From a bacterium (lineage in GTDB: Bacteria; Patescibacteriota; Saccharimonadia; Saccharimonadales; DATKHC01): DNA of 52,387 bases. Under the pieces are notes generated by a model. It searched no databases. It was not told the DNA's origin and saw only the letters and a program-made list of their open reading frames with translations. Below, piece after piece: positions 38,383 to 47,788 of this stretch. The translations under genes were made by a program, and so were the position numbers. The DNA lies in assembly GCA_021781215.1 (NCBI GenBank), contig JAJXXC010000007.1, positions 1 through 52,387 of the forward strand, given 5' to 3'. Position 1 is the first letter of the stretch; the number at the start of each line of letters is the position of its first letter.

Positions 38383-38400
38383 AAATTTAAAATAAAATAA

Positions 38401-38434
38401 TAAAAAGACGATCTATCAATAGGTCGTCTTTTTA
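38401..38434 (+). terminator. intrinsic terminator
   Basis: TAAAAAGACGATCT-loop-AGGTCGTCTTTTTA hairpin after the HdeD-like gene. Confidence 0.8.
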
Positions 38435-38628
38435 TATGATATTTATGAGGTGATAATTATTGTTTTGTTAAGATGATAAATATGATATAGTTCAAATTGA
38501 TTAGATGAAACTGCTAAGTAAGTTCTAAAAAAAGAATGATTCTAATCATAAGTTAATAATATAGATTATAAGAGGCGCAGCTAATAGGTCGCAGGATTGT
38601 ATTACCTCAAGTAATAGGAGAAAAAAGT

Positions 38629-38976
38629 ATGGCAATTAAATTATTCGTAGGATCATTATCTTACAATGTAACCAGCGAACAACTTGAGGAAGTTTTCGCA
38701 GCGGTAGGAACAGTTGTATCTGCAGTTGTTATTGTAGATCGCTATTCAAACCAATCAAAAGGTTTCGGATTTGTAGAAATGAGTACTGATGACGAAGCTA
38801 AAAAAGCAATTGCTGAGTTAAATGGCAAAGAAGTCGATGGACGACCTATTGTTGTAAACGAAGCTCGCCCACAAGAAAACCGTGGCCCACGTCCAAGTGG
38901 TGGCGGCGGATTTGGTGGCGGCGGACACCGTGATGGTGGACGTGATCGAAACAGCGGTCCTTCACGACGTTATTAA
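38629..38976 (+). CDS. RRM RNA-binding protein with Gly/Arg-rich tail
   Basis: RNP2 KLFVGSL, RNP1 KGFGFVEM and VVNEARP; AGGAG RBS. Confidence 0.95.
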   Translation: MAIKLFVGSLSYNVTSEQLEEVFAAVGTVVSAVVIVDRYSNQSKGFGFVEMSTDDEAKKAIAELNGKEVDGRPIVVNEARPQENRGPRPSGGGGFGGGGHRDGGRDRNSGPSRRY

Positions 38977-39000
38977 TTTTTGATAATTAGTCAATAAATC

Positions 39001-39027
39001 ACTCCCCTTAATCGGGGAGTTTTTTTA
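39001..39027 (+). terminator. intrinsic terminator
   Basis: ACTCCCC-TTAATC-GGGGAGT followed by a T run, between convergent genes. Confidence 0.85.
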
Positions 39028-39033
39028 TTGAAT

Positions 39034-39930
39034 CTATTCCTTTATCGGTTCAATTGGATCGCTGCTAATGTTCAATTTGCTCTTTGCGTGTGATGCAAGT
39101 ACATAGATTAGTAAAATCACTAAGACTATCAAAAATATAGCACGATCAATAATACTGGCTGAAATAATATTGGAGACCGAAATATGATGCAGTCTTCTAC
39201 CAAAGATTAAGAAACCCTCTCTGATACCAATTGCTCCGGGCGTCAAGGCAACAAAAATTGAAAGATTAGCTATGCCACTATAGATAATTGTTTGCTTAAT
39301 TGAGATAGCTGTATTAATTGAGTGTAGTTCAACGTAGTTGATGGCAACGATAACTAGAACTTGAAGTAGAGTAATTAAAAACAGGAATAATAAATTAGTA
39401 GAGTTAAGCCTGAGCTCAGTGTCTTTAATTTTAAATTTTTTGATGTATTTACGGCCACCAAATAATCCGATAAAACTCATAAAAATAATCACAGGAATCA
39501 ATATCCACCATAGACTTGAAGTTGAAATTGCGAGCACAGAATTAATAGCCGCATACATCAGATAGTAAATTAAGGTTACGAAAATATATAACCTGACCCT
39601 GAGCTTATGTTTTTTATATAAATATGCCCCTCGGATAACGGGACCACCCTGGCCTGGTAGGAAAAAATTAACAATGGTTGAATAGGCATTTAGTAATAAA
39701 TTTTTGCTAGTTGGAATTGTTAAGTTACAAATTCTAAGGCTGTATTTAATGATTAGCGACAGACAAAGAAACCAGAACGAATACAGTATTAGCAGCCAAA
39801 ATACTATAAATGGACTAATGTTTTTGAGTCGATATATCAAATAACTATGTTTTGAGATATAGATTACAAAAATAATTATTGCAACCAGTAACAGTAAGAT
39901 ACTGGCGATGATGTGTAGTCTATTTTTCAT
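39034..39930 (-). CDS. second lysylphosphatidylglycerol-synthase TM (flippase-like) protein
   Basis: NFFLPGQGGPVIR, LTPGAIGIRE and IIDR; multiple TM helices. Confidence 0.85.
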   Translation of the reverse strand: MKNRLHIIASILLLLVAIIIFVIYISKHSYLIYRLKNISPFIVFWLLILYSFWFLCLSLIIKYSLRICNLTIPTSKNLLLNAYSTIVNFFLPGQGGPVIRGAYLYKKHKLRVRLYIFVTLIYYLMYAAINSVLAISTSSLWWILIPVIIFMSFIGLFGGRKYIKKFKIKDTELRLNSTNLLFLFLITLLQVLVIVAINYVELHSINTAISIKQTIIYSGIANLSIFVALTPGAIGIREGFLIFGRRLHHISVSNIISASIIDRAIFLIVLVILLIYVLASHAKSKLNISSDPIEPIKE

Positions 39931-40034
39931 ATTAATCTATAATTGATAATAACATTTAATTTCAGTGATCGAGAAAAGTTCAAAATTACTATGTTCAGTG
40001 TAAGTGCAGTTAAATATAATATGGTTTGATTTAT

Positions 40035-41561
40035 ATGGGCAAAACAACAATAAAGATTCACGCAATCCTAGGGTCTAAAAAATTATTTTGGGTTATTTTC
40101 TCAATCTTTATACTCGAAGCTAGTTGGATTGCCCTATCGGCCGTTTATCCTCAAGCATTTGATGAAAATTTTCATTTTGGCTTAATTAAGGTCTACTCAC
40201 ATTACTGGCTGCCCTTTCTTAACCAACAGCCACCTGGTGCTGACGCATTTGGTGCAGTTGCTAGAGACCCAGCATTTTTATATCACTATCTAATGAGCTT
40301 CCCCTACAGGTTAATTGAACTATTTGTTCACAGTCTAGAGGGTCAAGTAATTGTACTAAGATTTATTAATATCGCCCTTTTCGCTAGTTCAATTATTTTA
40401 TTTAGGAAGATTCTAAAATGGACGGGGCTATCTAAGCAGCTAGTAAATCTTATTTTATTTTTATTTATTTTAATTCCGATTGTTCCGCAATTGGCTGGTC
40501 AGATTAACTATGATAATTTGTTGATGCCTTTGATTGCTACGGCCTGCTTACTGACTTTTAAAATTATCGACCAGATTAATCTTAAAATAATTAATATTTC
40601 AACCATTACTTGGTTATTGGTAGTCTCCCTTATGGCGACCATGGTTCAGTATCAATTTGGGCCAATTTTTCTCGCGACAATTTTATATCTTGGCTACCAG
40701 ATTTATCGAAAATATAAGTTAAATTATTGGAAAGTATTTAGCCAATTATATCTTAGCTGGAAACAGCAATCGTTAATCTTGAAATTGGTATTAACGGTTT
40801 TGGTATTTTTTTTGTTGGCGATGTTTATCCAGAGAGACGGTTACAATATCTATCAATACCATACGGTTGCTCCCAGCTGTGATCAAGTACTATCAATTGA
40901 TAGCTGTAAGCAATATAGCGTATGGGATGCAAACTATATCCGCCACAATGATATTGCCAATCATAGCGTAAGTATTACTTATATGAATCCTGTGTTCTAT
41001 ATTGGCTCTTGGATTTATTGGATGTGGTACAGGTTGTTTTTTGCAATAAATGGAATTAACAGCTTTACTAATTATCCCCCATTGCCCTTGCCGATTGCCG
41101 CTCTGACCGTAGTCCTTATTTTAGCAACCTACTCTATTATCAGATATCGTAAACGAGTATTTTATCACAATCCCTATCTTCAATTTATGGGCCTGTCTAG
41201 CCTAATGTATATTACAATATTAATTTTTGAGGGCTATAAGTCATACCTCTATACCGGTACTCTGGAGCTTATGAATGGCAGATACTTAATACCGATAATT
41301 ATATTCTTAGCAGCAATCGGTGGCACTGCATTAAGTATTAGCCTTAAGGGTTTAATTTATAGAAAGCTGTTTTTAGGGCTGTTTGTATTAATTATGTTCT
41401 TAGAAGGTGGCGGGCTTTTAACTTTCATTATACGAAGTGATAGCAGCTGGTATTGGTCTAATAGCACGGTGGTTAAAGTCAACCATGTAGCCAAGAAAAT
41501 TACTACTAAGATTATTGTAAAAGGTAGTAAAAATTATACAACTAAAAATTGGTTTTTCTAA
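40035..41561 (+). CDS. GT-C-fold membrane glycosyltransferase-like protein (ArnT/DUF2142-like)
   Basis: TM1 followed by AFDENFH, PAFLYHY, INYDNL and NGRYLIP; about 10 TM helices. Confidence 0.7.
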   Translation: MGKTTIKIHAILGSKKLFWVIFSIFILEASWIALSAVYPQAFDENFHFGLIKVYSHYWLPFLNQQPPGADAFGAVARDPAFLYHYLMSFPYRLIELFVHSLEGQVIVLRFINIALFASSIILFRKILKWTGLSKQLVNLILFLFILIPIVPQLAGQINYDNLLMPLIATACLLTFKIIDQINLKIINISTITWLLVVSLMATMVQYQFGPIFLATILYLGYQIYRKYKLNYWKVFSQLYLSWKQQSLILKLVLTVLVFFLLAMFIQRDGYNIYQYHTVAPSCDQVLSIDSCKQYSVWDANYIRHNDIANHSVSITYMNPVFYIGSWIYWMWYRLFFAINGINSFTNYPPLPLPIAALTVVLILATYSIIRYRKRVFYHNPYLQFMGLSSLMYITILIFEGYKSYLYTGTLELMNGRYLIPIIIFLAAIGGTALSISLKGLIYRKLFLGLFVLIMFLEGGGLLTFIIRSDSSWYWSNSTVVKVNHVAKKITTKIIVKGSKNYTTKNWFF

Positions 41562-41571
41562 TCAATATAAG

Positions 41572-42522
41572 TTATTTCTTGTACATTTCTTTTTTCTGAT
41601 TTTCTAAGACTTCTTCAATTAGAATTCTGTTCACCCTAATTAAATCGGCTATTAGACCAAGAGTAAATGCTATAAACGAGGCTGTTAGCAAAACACCGCC
41701 GATAATCAATGATTGTAGATGATGCGCACCATATGGATGTTTTATTGTAAGGACAAGATAAAGATAATGAATAAAGGGTATGAATCCAACGATTAAAAAG
41801 AATAAACCGATTGTAATGAAAATAGCATATGGCTCGTACATCATTACGCTACGTAAAATTACAATACCTGATTTCCTGGCATGAGAGATTGATGATTTCA
41901 TAACTCTTGATTCTCTGGTTTTAGGATTAGTTTTAATAATAATCTTATCTATTCTCTGGCCTTTATTGCCGGATTGGATAACTGTTTCAGTAGCGAAACT
42001 ATATGGTGCTATCAAGTTCAGCTGCATAGCAGCATTTCTTGAATATGCCCTAAAGCCACTTGTGCCATCAGGGACATTGGTTCGAGCTACTCTATTTAAA
42101 ACCCAGGTTCCAAATACTTGTAGAAATTTTTTAAATAATGAGAAATGTTCAATAGTAGTTGTTTGCCGATCGGCAATAACTACGTCAGCTCGATCATCTA
42201 AGATCGGTTGGATTAGTTCTGGTATTTTTTCTTGAGGGTATTGATTGTCTCCATCGGTAATAACAATAATGTCAGCGCCAAGTCTTAGTGATTCTTTGAT
42301 GCCTTCACGGAATGAAACCGCCAAGCCTCTATTTACCTTGTGTGTTAGAAAATGTTTAACTCCTAATTTTCTAGCAACTTCCTGAGTGTTATCAGTTGAG
42401 CCATCGTCGATAATTAATACCTCTAATTCATCCACGCCCTTAATGCTTTTTGGCATGGTCTCAAATACCAATGGCAGGGTCTTAGCTTCGTTGAGACAAG
42501 GTATCATTACTACCAATTTCAT
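41572..42522 (-). CDS. GT2 glycosyltransferase (polyprenol-phosphate hexosyltransferase-like) with two C-terminal TMs
   Basis: IPCLNEA, IDDGSTD, NRGLA, TDGDNQY and DGTSGFRAY. Confidence 0.92.
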   Translation of the reverse strand: MKLVVMIPCLNEAKTLPLVFETMPKSIKGVDELEVLIIDDGSTDNTQEVARKLGVKHFLTHKVNRGLAVSFREGIKESLRLGADIIVITDGDNQYPQEKIPELIQPILDDRADVVIADRQTTTIEHFSLFKKFLQVFGTWVLNRVARTNVPDGTSGFRAYSRNAAMQLNLIAPYSFATETVIQSGNKGQRIDKIIIKTNPKTRESRVMKSSISHARKSGIVILRSVMMYEPYAIFITIGLFFLIVGFIPFIHYLYLVLTIKHPYGAHHLQSLIIGGVLLTASFIAFTLGLIADLIRVNRILIEEVLENQKKEMYKK

Positions 42523-42637
42523 TCAGAAAAACTCCAATATAATTTCTTGATTATTATCTATTATATGATCTTATTTCAAAAATATGAAATCAATAGTTTG
42601 AATCATCCAGCCAATCTTCTGATTAATCATTTAAATT

Positions 42638-43099
42638 TTAGATTTTATGTTTAATAAAATTCTGTATATTTCTCTGCTCGTCTCGTTTTTTTAATATTGC
42701 TCGTTTGTCATAGTCCTTATTGCCACTGCCGTAAGCAATTCTAAGCTTGATAAATTTTGTAGCTGTTAATATTTCTAGTGGCACTATGGTGCTACCACCT
42801 TGTTTAGCTCTTATTAATTCATCAATTTCTTTTCTTTTAGCCAGTAACTTCCGGCTTCGAGTTTTAATTTCTTCGGGGATTGGCGCAGCGTTAGAGCCGG
42901 TTATCGTGGCATTAATTAACCATAGTTCATTGTTGATGACATTTACGTAAGATCCTTTTAGCTCTGCTCTGCCGTTACGAATAGCTTTAGTTTCAGCCCC
43001 ATTTAAAATTATGCCGACAGTCATCGGTTCGTTTAGCTTATAGTCGAATCGAGCTCTTCGGTTAGATATGACCTTAGTTTGTGATTTTTTCTTCGCCAT
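42638..43099 (-). CDS. smpB: SsrA-binding protein
   Basis: NRRARFDY, GIILNGAETKAIR, RSRKLL and GNKDYDKR. Confidence 0.95.
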   Translation of the reverse strand: MAKKKSQTKVISNRRARFDYKLNEPMTVGIILNGAETKAIRNGRAELKGSYVNVINNELWLINATITGSNAAPIPEEIKTRSRKLLAKRKEIDELIRAKQGGSTIVPLEILTATKFIKLRIAYGSGNKDYDKRAILKKRDEQRNIQNFIKHKI

Positions 43100-43139
43100 A
43101 CCATAATTATGGACTAATTAGATATTGGTTACAAAATTT

Positions 43140-44258
43140 TTAGTAAGCTTTTTTAAACTCGTTTATGGCAATATTCCAAAAAGCTGGGTCATGTTTAATA
43201 ACTTTTTGGTAATACCACCACTCAACTCCCCAAAGATCAATTGTCTTCATGCCGGTAGCCTCACCGTAGTTGAACCGGTTTTTAAGAATGGTAGGATTCA
43301 TTGATTTCATCTGTTCAGCCTCAGAAGCTTGAGTCATTGAAGTTGGTGGCCAAGGTTCTGCCTGGAGTTCAGTAAGAGCGGTATTCTTTCCGGTGATTAT
43401 TTTTTCGGTACCTGCTAAGAATGCATAAAACCAAGCTGGAAATGGATATTCAAAATATCGGTGAGTTATGGTTCTGTCCCATACTCGTTTGTAAACCGAT
43501 ACTCCGAATTCATCTGGTGTAGGCTTACCAATTGGTGTACCCAAGGCGTTATTACTTCTGTTGATTATAATTGGATGGTTGGGATCTAGCTTTTTAACCA
43601 TGTTAAATTCATTAATTAATCTTTGTCTGGAGAAATTGGTGCAAGTTCCAAAAACTTTCAAGAAATATTCGTTTTCAAGCTCATAGGTGCTAAGTTCCGG
43701 ATTATTTTTGTAACGATTTACTACCATTGTGATGAAATTATTAAGTTGTGGATCCCATTGCGAATAAGTCTCATTAGCTGCCCAGGTTGGCATATGACAT
43801 TCCGGCCATCTTGGTTGTCTGAGACCAATGCTTAAATTAATCTTAACGTGATACTGATCAGCCATAGCGACCTCTTGGTCCAATTCGGAAAAGTTGTATT
43901 GACCGGGCGTGGCTTCAATCGTATCCCAGTAACTCGTAAGTCTAATATTCTTTATTTTTAAATCTTTAAATATTGCTTGAAGAGTAGCTACTGGGTCTAG
44001 ACCTAGGCTTTGGGCATATTCTGGTACGTAAGTTACCCCTAGGTTGTATGGAGTTTTGGACTGAGTCCAGATGTACCATCTAGCAATGCCGTACATTGTA
44101 CCCAAACAAAGAAGGGAGGCTATTAGCAACCCTAAGATAATCTTGTGCCATAAATTTTTGGTGAACCAGTTAATCAGGCTTTTATAAATTGCCTTGAACG
44201 GATTAGTTTTAGTAGATTTCTTCGAAGCTGATTTATTTTGCTGTCTTTTTTGTGCCAT
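43140..44258 (-). CDS. membrane-anchored clan GH-A glycoside hydrolase
   Basis: N-terminal TM; IRLTSYWDTIEATPGQYNFSELD; ENE (acid/base) and TELQAEPW (nucleophile). Confidence 0.8.
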   Translation of the reverse strand: MAQKRQQNKSASKKSTKTNPFKAIYKSLINWFTKNLWHKIILGLLIASLLCLGTMYGIARWYIWTQSKTPYNLGVTYVPEYAQSLGLDPVATLQAIFKDLKIKNIRLTSYWDTIEATPGQYNFSELDQEVAMADQYHVKINLSIGLRQPRWPECHMPTWAANETYSQWDPQLNNFITMVVNRYKNNPELSTYELENEYFLKVFGTCTNFSRQRLINEFNMVKKLDPNHPIIINRSNNALGTPIGKPTPDEFGVSVYKRVWDRTITHRYFEYPFPAWFYAFLAGTEKIITGKNTALTELQAEPWPPTSMTQASEAEQMKSMNPTILKNRFNYGEATGMKTIDLWGVEWWYYQKVIKHDPAFWNIAINEFKKAY

Positions 44259-44276
44259 AATTAAATAAAGATTAAT

Positions 44277-45083
44277 ATGAGTAAAGCATTAACATTATCT
44301 ATAATTATACCAGTATACAATGAATCTGACCATCTGAAGAATTGTCTAGATTCAATTCAAAAACAAACAATAATGCCCGGTGAAGTGATAGTTGTTGACA
44401 ATAATTCCACTGACGATTCTGTTGCCATAGCCAGAAAGTATAGTTTCGTAAAAATAATATCAGAAAAGCAGCAAGGGATAGTATATGCCAGAAACGCAGG
44501 GTTCAATGCGGCAACCTCTAATATTCTAGGACGGATTGATGCCGACTCCATCTTACCAGAAGACTGGGTAGCTAAAGTTCTAGATTTTTACAAGGACAAT
44601 GACCATCTCAAGCTATATGCGTGGACTAGTCAGGGATATTGGTACAATGTTAGTCATCCAAAAATCTATTCTTGGTTTTTTGATCAGATTGTTTTTAGAT
44701 TTAACCGATTTATTCTAGGGCACTATCCGTTATGGGGTTCATCAATGGCCATGACCAGGGATTCATGGCTAAGAGTGAAAGACAAGGTGTGCCCCAGAAA
44801 TGATATACACGAGGATCTTGATTTATCTATTCACTTGCATCAACTCGGTTATCAAATATCATATGTCACCGGAATTGCTGTAGGTACATATGTAAAGAGA
44901 GTTTATAGTGATTTTGGTAAATTTTGGGGCTACTCATTACTTTGGCCTAGAACCCTTAGAGTGCATAAGTTAATTGGATGGTACTTAGGGCTAATTGGCG
45001 CGGTAATAATCTATTTAATTACTCCACCGTTAATTCTTGAAGCAAAAATACTATCACTATTTCTTAATAAGAAATTTCAGTAA
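44277..45083 (+). CDS. GT2 glycosyltransferase
   Basis: SIIIPVYNE, VVDNNSTD, ARNAG, RIDADS and EDLDL. Confidence 0.93.
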   Translation: MSKALTLSIIIPVYNESDHLKNCLDSIQKQTIMPGEVIVVDNNSTDDSVAIARKYSFVKIISEKQQGIVYARNAGFNAATSNILGRIDADSILPEDWVAKVLDFYKDNDHLKLYAWTSQGYWYNVSHPKIYSWFFDQIVFRFNRFILGHYPLWGSSMAMTRDSWLRVKDKVCPRNDIHEDLDLSIHLHQLGYQISYVTGIAVGTYVKRVYSDFGKFWGYSLLWPRTLRVHKLIGWYLGLIGAVIIYLITPPLILEAKILSLFLNKKFQ

Positions 45084-45640
45084 TCGATGCCTTTATTGGC
45101 AATGTATTTCTGATCATAGTGATGTTTGATTTTATCCATATTAGTGGCTATATCTACGTACTTTAGAAATTTTGGTGGAAAATTACGTCCGGTTAAACAC
45201 AAACTAGTTCCATCAGATTTCAATAATATTAAATTTTTTAAGTCATTTTCGTTGAGTAGTCCGTCACTAACTGCATTATTAATCTCATCACAAATAACAA
45301 GATCGAATTTGCCGTTTTGGCTGCATTTAAGGGCCTTTTGTAGGGTTATGTTTGCGGCTTCTTTATGTTGCTTCTCGCTAACATTCTTTTGAGATAATTT
45401 TCCAGCGTTATAAAAACCCTTACCACCTTTGTAGAATAGTAATTTATCTTTATACAGTGGTTCTATATTCTTTATGAAATTATGCTCGCTAACTTCCCAA
45501 TACTTAATGAATTGAATGAAAGCCACACTCCAGCCATTACCAAGCGACCTAGCCATTAGGCCCAGACTAGCGCTAGTCTTTCCCTTTCCCTCGCCAGTGT
45601 AGACTAAAACTACGGATTTTTTTTGTTTAAAATCCTCCAT
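45077..45640 (-). CDS. btuR: cob(I)yrinic acid a,c-diamide adenosyltransferase (CobA/CobO/BtuR)
   Basis: VYTGEGKGKTSASLG, IQFIK, DLVICDEIN, LTGR, KHHY and GIDY. Confidence 0.92.
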   Translation of the reverse strand: MEDFKQKKSVVLVYTGEGKGKTSASLGLMARSLGNGWSVAFIQFIKYWEVSEHNFIKNIEPLYKDKLLFYKGGKGFYNAGKLSQKNVSEKQHKEAANITLQKALKCSQNGKFDLVICDEINNAVSDGLLNENDLKNLILLKSDGTSLCLTGRNFPPKFLKYVDIATNMDKIKHHYDQKYIANKGIDY

Positions 45641-45646
45641 AAATCC

Positions 45647-46174
45647 CTAAACCAAATCTGGATAATTTATTAAAATTAAAAGTGCTCGTTGAGTCATAAT
45701 AGCTCGTGATAAAGCCTGAAATTCTCTTTGTTCAAGTAAAATACCACTTTGTTGTAACTCATCGAGTAGACTTTTTAATATCGGATCATTATCAAACATT
45801 TCTTTTAACTCAGTTCTTAGACCGTCGTTTACTGATTTGTTAATTTTAGTTATTTCAGCATCTGTTTCAAATATAACTTCCAGAAAATCTGATAACGGAA
45901 TGCTGATGCCAATTAAAGGAATGTTGGAGAATTCAAAATTAATAATTAAATAGTTTGGGTTAATGGCCATGCCCTCAGATACTGGAAGCGGTTGATATTG
46001 ATATTCTGGACTCGAGTCAATTTCTAGCTGAGCTTTAATCGTGTCGCTATCATAGCCCCTGGATGATACAAGTATATATTGACGTATTTTTTGCCAATCA
46101 TCATAAGATATGCGGTTAATATGTGAAAATCTAACCTCACCAGTTTGTTGTTCTGTAGTTTTTTCGGGGTTCAT
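45647..46174 (-). CDS. hypothetical protein (175 aa)
   Basis: Long ORF with upstream TATAAT and GGAG; no family recognised. Confidence 0.7.
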   Translation of the reverse strand: MNPEKTTEQQTGEVRFSHINRISYDDWQKIRQYILVSSRGYDSDTIKAQLEIDSSPEYQYQPLPVSEGMAINPNYLIINFEFSNIPLIGISIPLSDFLEVIFETDAEITKINKSVNDGLRTELKEMFDNDPILKSLLDELQQSGILLEQREFQALSRAIMTQRALLILINYPDLV

Positions 46175-46259
46175 AATCTTAGGCTCCGATCATTAATCCA
46201 CTAGCCTATTATACTATATATAGCGTTTATAATAAAGAACAAAACACTATTGTTAAGAG

Positions 46260-46499
46260 TTATATAAGTTTATTGTCTTTGAGCGCTTGATCAATTTTTG
46301 GTCTATCAAATCCAACTATGATGGTACCGTTAATATCGATAACTGGTATCCCCATCTGATTAGATTTAGTGACCGACTCTTCTGCGGCCGCAGGGTCCTT
46401 TTCAATATCTTTATCGGTATAGGGGATGTTTAACTTATCTAAATATTCTTTAGCTGCGTGACAATATGCGCACCAGACTGCTGTATATATAGTTACCAT
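46260..46499 (-). CDS. glutaredoxin-like protein (NrdH/YruB type)
   Basis: WCAYC, GIPVIDI and IVGFD. Confidence 0.92.
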   Translation of the reverse strand: MVTIYTAVWCAYCHAAKEYLDKLNIPYTDKDIEKDPAAAEESVTKSNQMGIPVIDINGTIIVGFDRPKIDQALKDNKLI

Positions 46500-46581
46500 A
46501 CTGTAAATATAACATAAATTAATCAGTTTTTTAATGAATCTAGAGGTAGTCTTGTCTATTCAATCGAGCTACGATAGCGTG

Positions 46582-46611
46582 TTGCAAAAACTGATTCATA
46601 TCTGTTACAAT
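46582..46611 (+). promoter_or_regulatory. atp operon promoter
   Basis: TTGCAA-18 nt-TACAAT with TG extension, 9 nt before the ATG at 46621. Confidence 0.65.
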
Positions 46612-46620
46612 TAAAGTCGT

Positions 46621-46890
46621 ATGACTGAAAAACCCAAAATCGTGGATAAAAATCAGAATAATACTAACAGCAACGTTGGCTTATTGAATGCTACCCTTCA
46701 GATGAGTTGGAGGTTAGCAATAGCGGTCTTAGTTCCATTAATCGGTGGTGTTAAATTAGATGAACACTGGAAGCTATTTCCTTATTTAACAATTATCGGT
46801 AGCCTATTAGCAATCGGTGGTTTTGTCTATGTAATTCGAAAAACTTTAGCTGATCTTAATCAAACTATAAACTCGAGTAAGGTTAAATAA
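46621..46890 (+). CDS. AtpZ/AtpI (ATPase gene 1) family protein
   Basis: Two TM helices around GGVKLDEHW..FPY; first gene of the atp operon. Confidence 0.8.
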   Translation: MTEKPKIVDKNQNNTNSNVGLLNATLQMSWRLAIAVLVPLIGGVKLDEHWKLFPYLTIIGSLLAIGGFVYVIRKTLADLNQTINSSKVK

Positions 46891-47726
46891 TGATTAACGT
46901 GCTGAAAAACTTCGCTAGTGGTCCAATAGTCTATATCACTCCGGAGAAAATTTTTACATTTCATGGAATAGTTATCACCAACTCAGTCTTCTATGGCTGG
47001 GTATCCGGTATGATTTTGATAGTCACTTTTGTTCTAATAGCTAGACGCGTTACTGTTAGGCCAAAGGGCGGGATTATTCAGTTCGTTGAAGTAGGTATTA
47101 CTTATATGTCAAATTTGATTGAGTCCAGCTTTGAAGATCCAGAGCGTGGAGCTAAGTATGTACCATATTTTATATCACTATTTTTCTTCTTACTATTCAA
47201 TAATTGGCTTGGTTTATTACCGGGTGTTGGTGAGGCTTTTCAGTCTCACGGCAATCCACTGCTAAGATCATTTACTGGCGATTTAAATGCTACCCTGGCT
47301 GTTGGCGTAGTGACCATGGGGTTGGTCTACATTGCATCAATTAAAGAAGTTGGGCTTAAAGAATACCTAAAACATTTTTTTGTTGGCAACCCTCTTAACC
47401 CGATGTATCTATTTCTAGGCCTGATAGAAATGTTAACCGACACTACAAGGGTAATAAGCTTGTCTTTACGACTTTTTTTAAATGTTACTATAGGTGAGAT
47501 TGTAATTGCGGTTTTTGCTTATTTGGGTGGCTTTTTCGCACCACTTACTGCAGCTCCCTTTACACTGTTGGAATTATTTGTTAGCGCTCTGCAAGCATAC
47601 ATTTTTGTATTATTGAGTGTGATGTACCTGGCTATTACCGTGAATCATGCAGCAGCCGACCATGACGAGGACTTGACCGATGAGCCAGTAACTGAAACAA
47701 TGAGACTACAATCTGAAAAAGCTTAA
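46890..47726 (+). CDS. atpB: F0 subunit a
   Basis: NNWLGLLPG, TGDLNATL, SLSLRLFLN (essential Arg) and ELFVSALQAYIF. Confidence 0.97.
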   Translation: MINVLKNFASGPIVYITPEKIFTFHGIVITNSVFYGWVSGMILIVTFVLIARRVTVRPKGGIIQFVEVGITYMSNLIESSFEDPERGAKYVPYFISLFFFLLFNNWLGLLPGVGEAFQSHGNPLLRSFTGDLNATLAVGVVTMGLVYIASIKEVGLKEYLKHFFVGNPLNPMYLFLGLIEMLTDTTRVISLSLRLFLNVTIGEIVIAVFAYLGGFFAPLTAAPFTLLELFVSALQAYIFVLLSVMYLAITVNHAAADHDEDLTDEPVTETMRLQSEKA

Positions 47727-47788
47727 TGCACTTTTATCAAAAAGTGTATTAATTTTTGTCAGTAATAATTTATAAAAAGGAGAATCAA

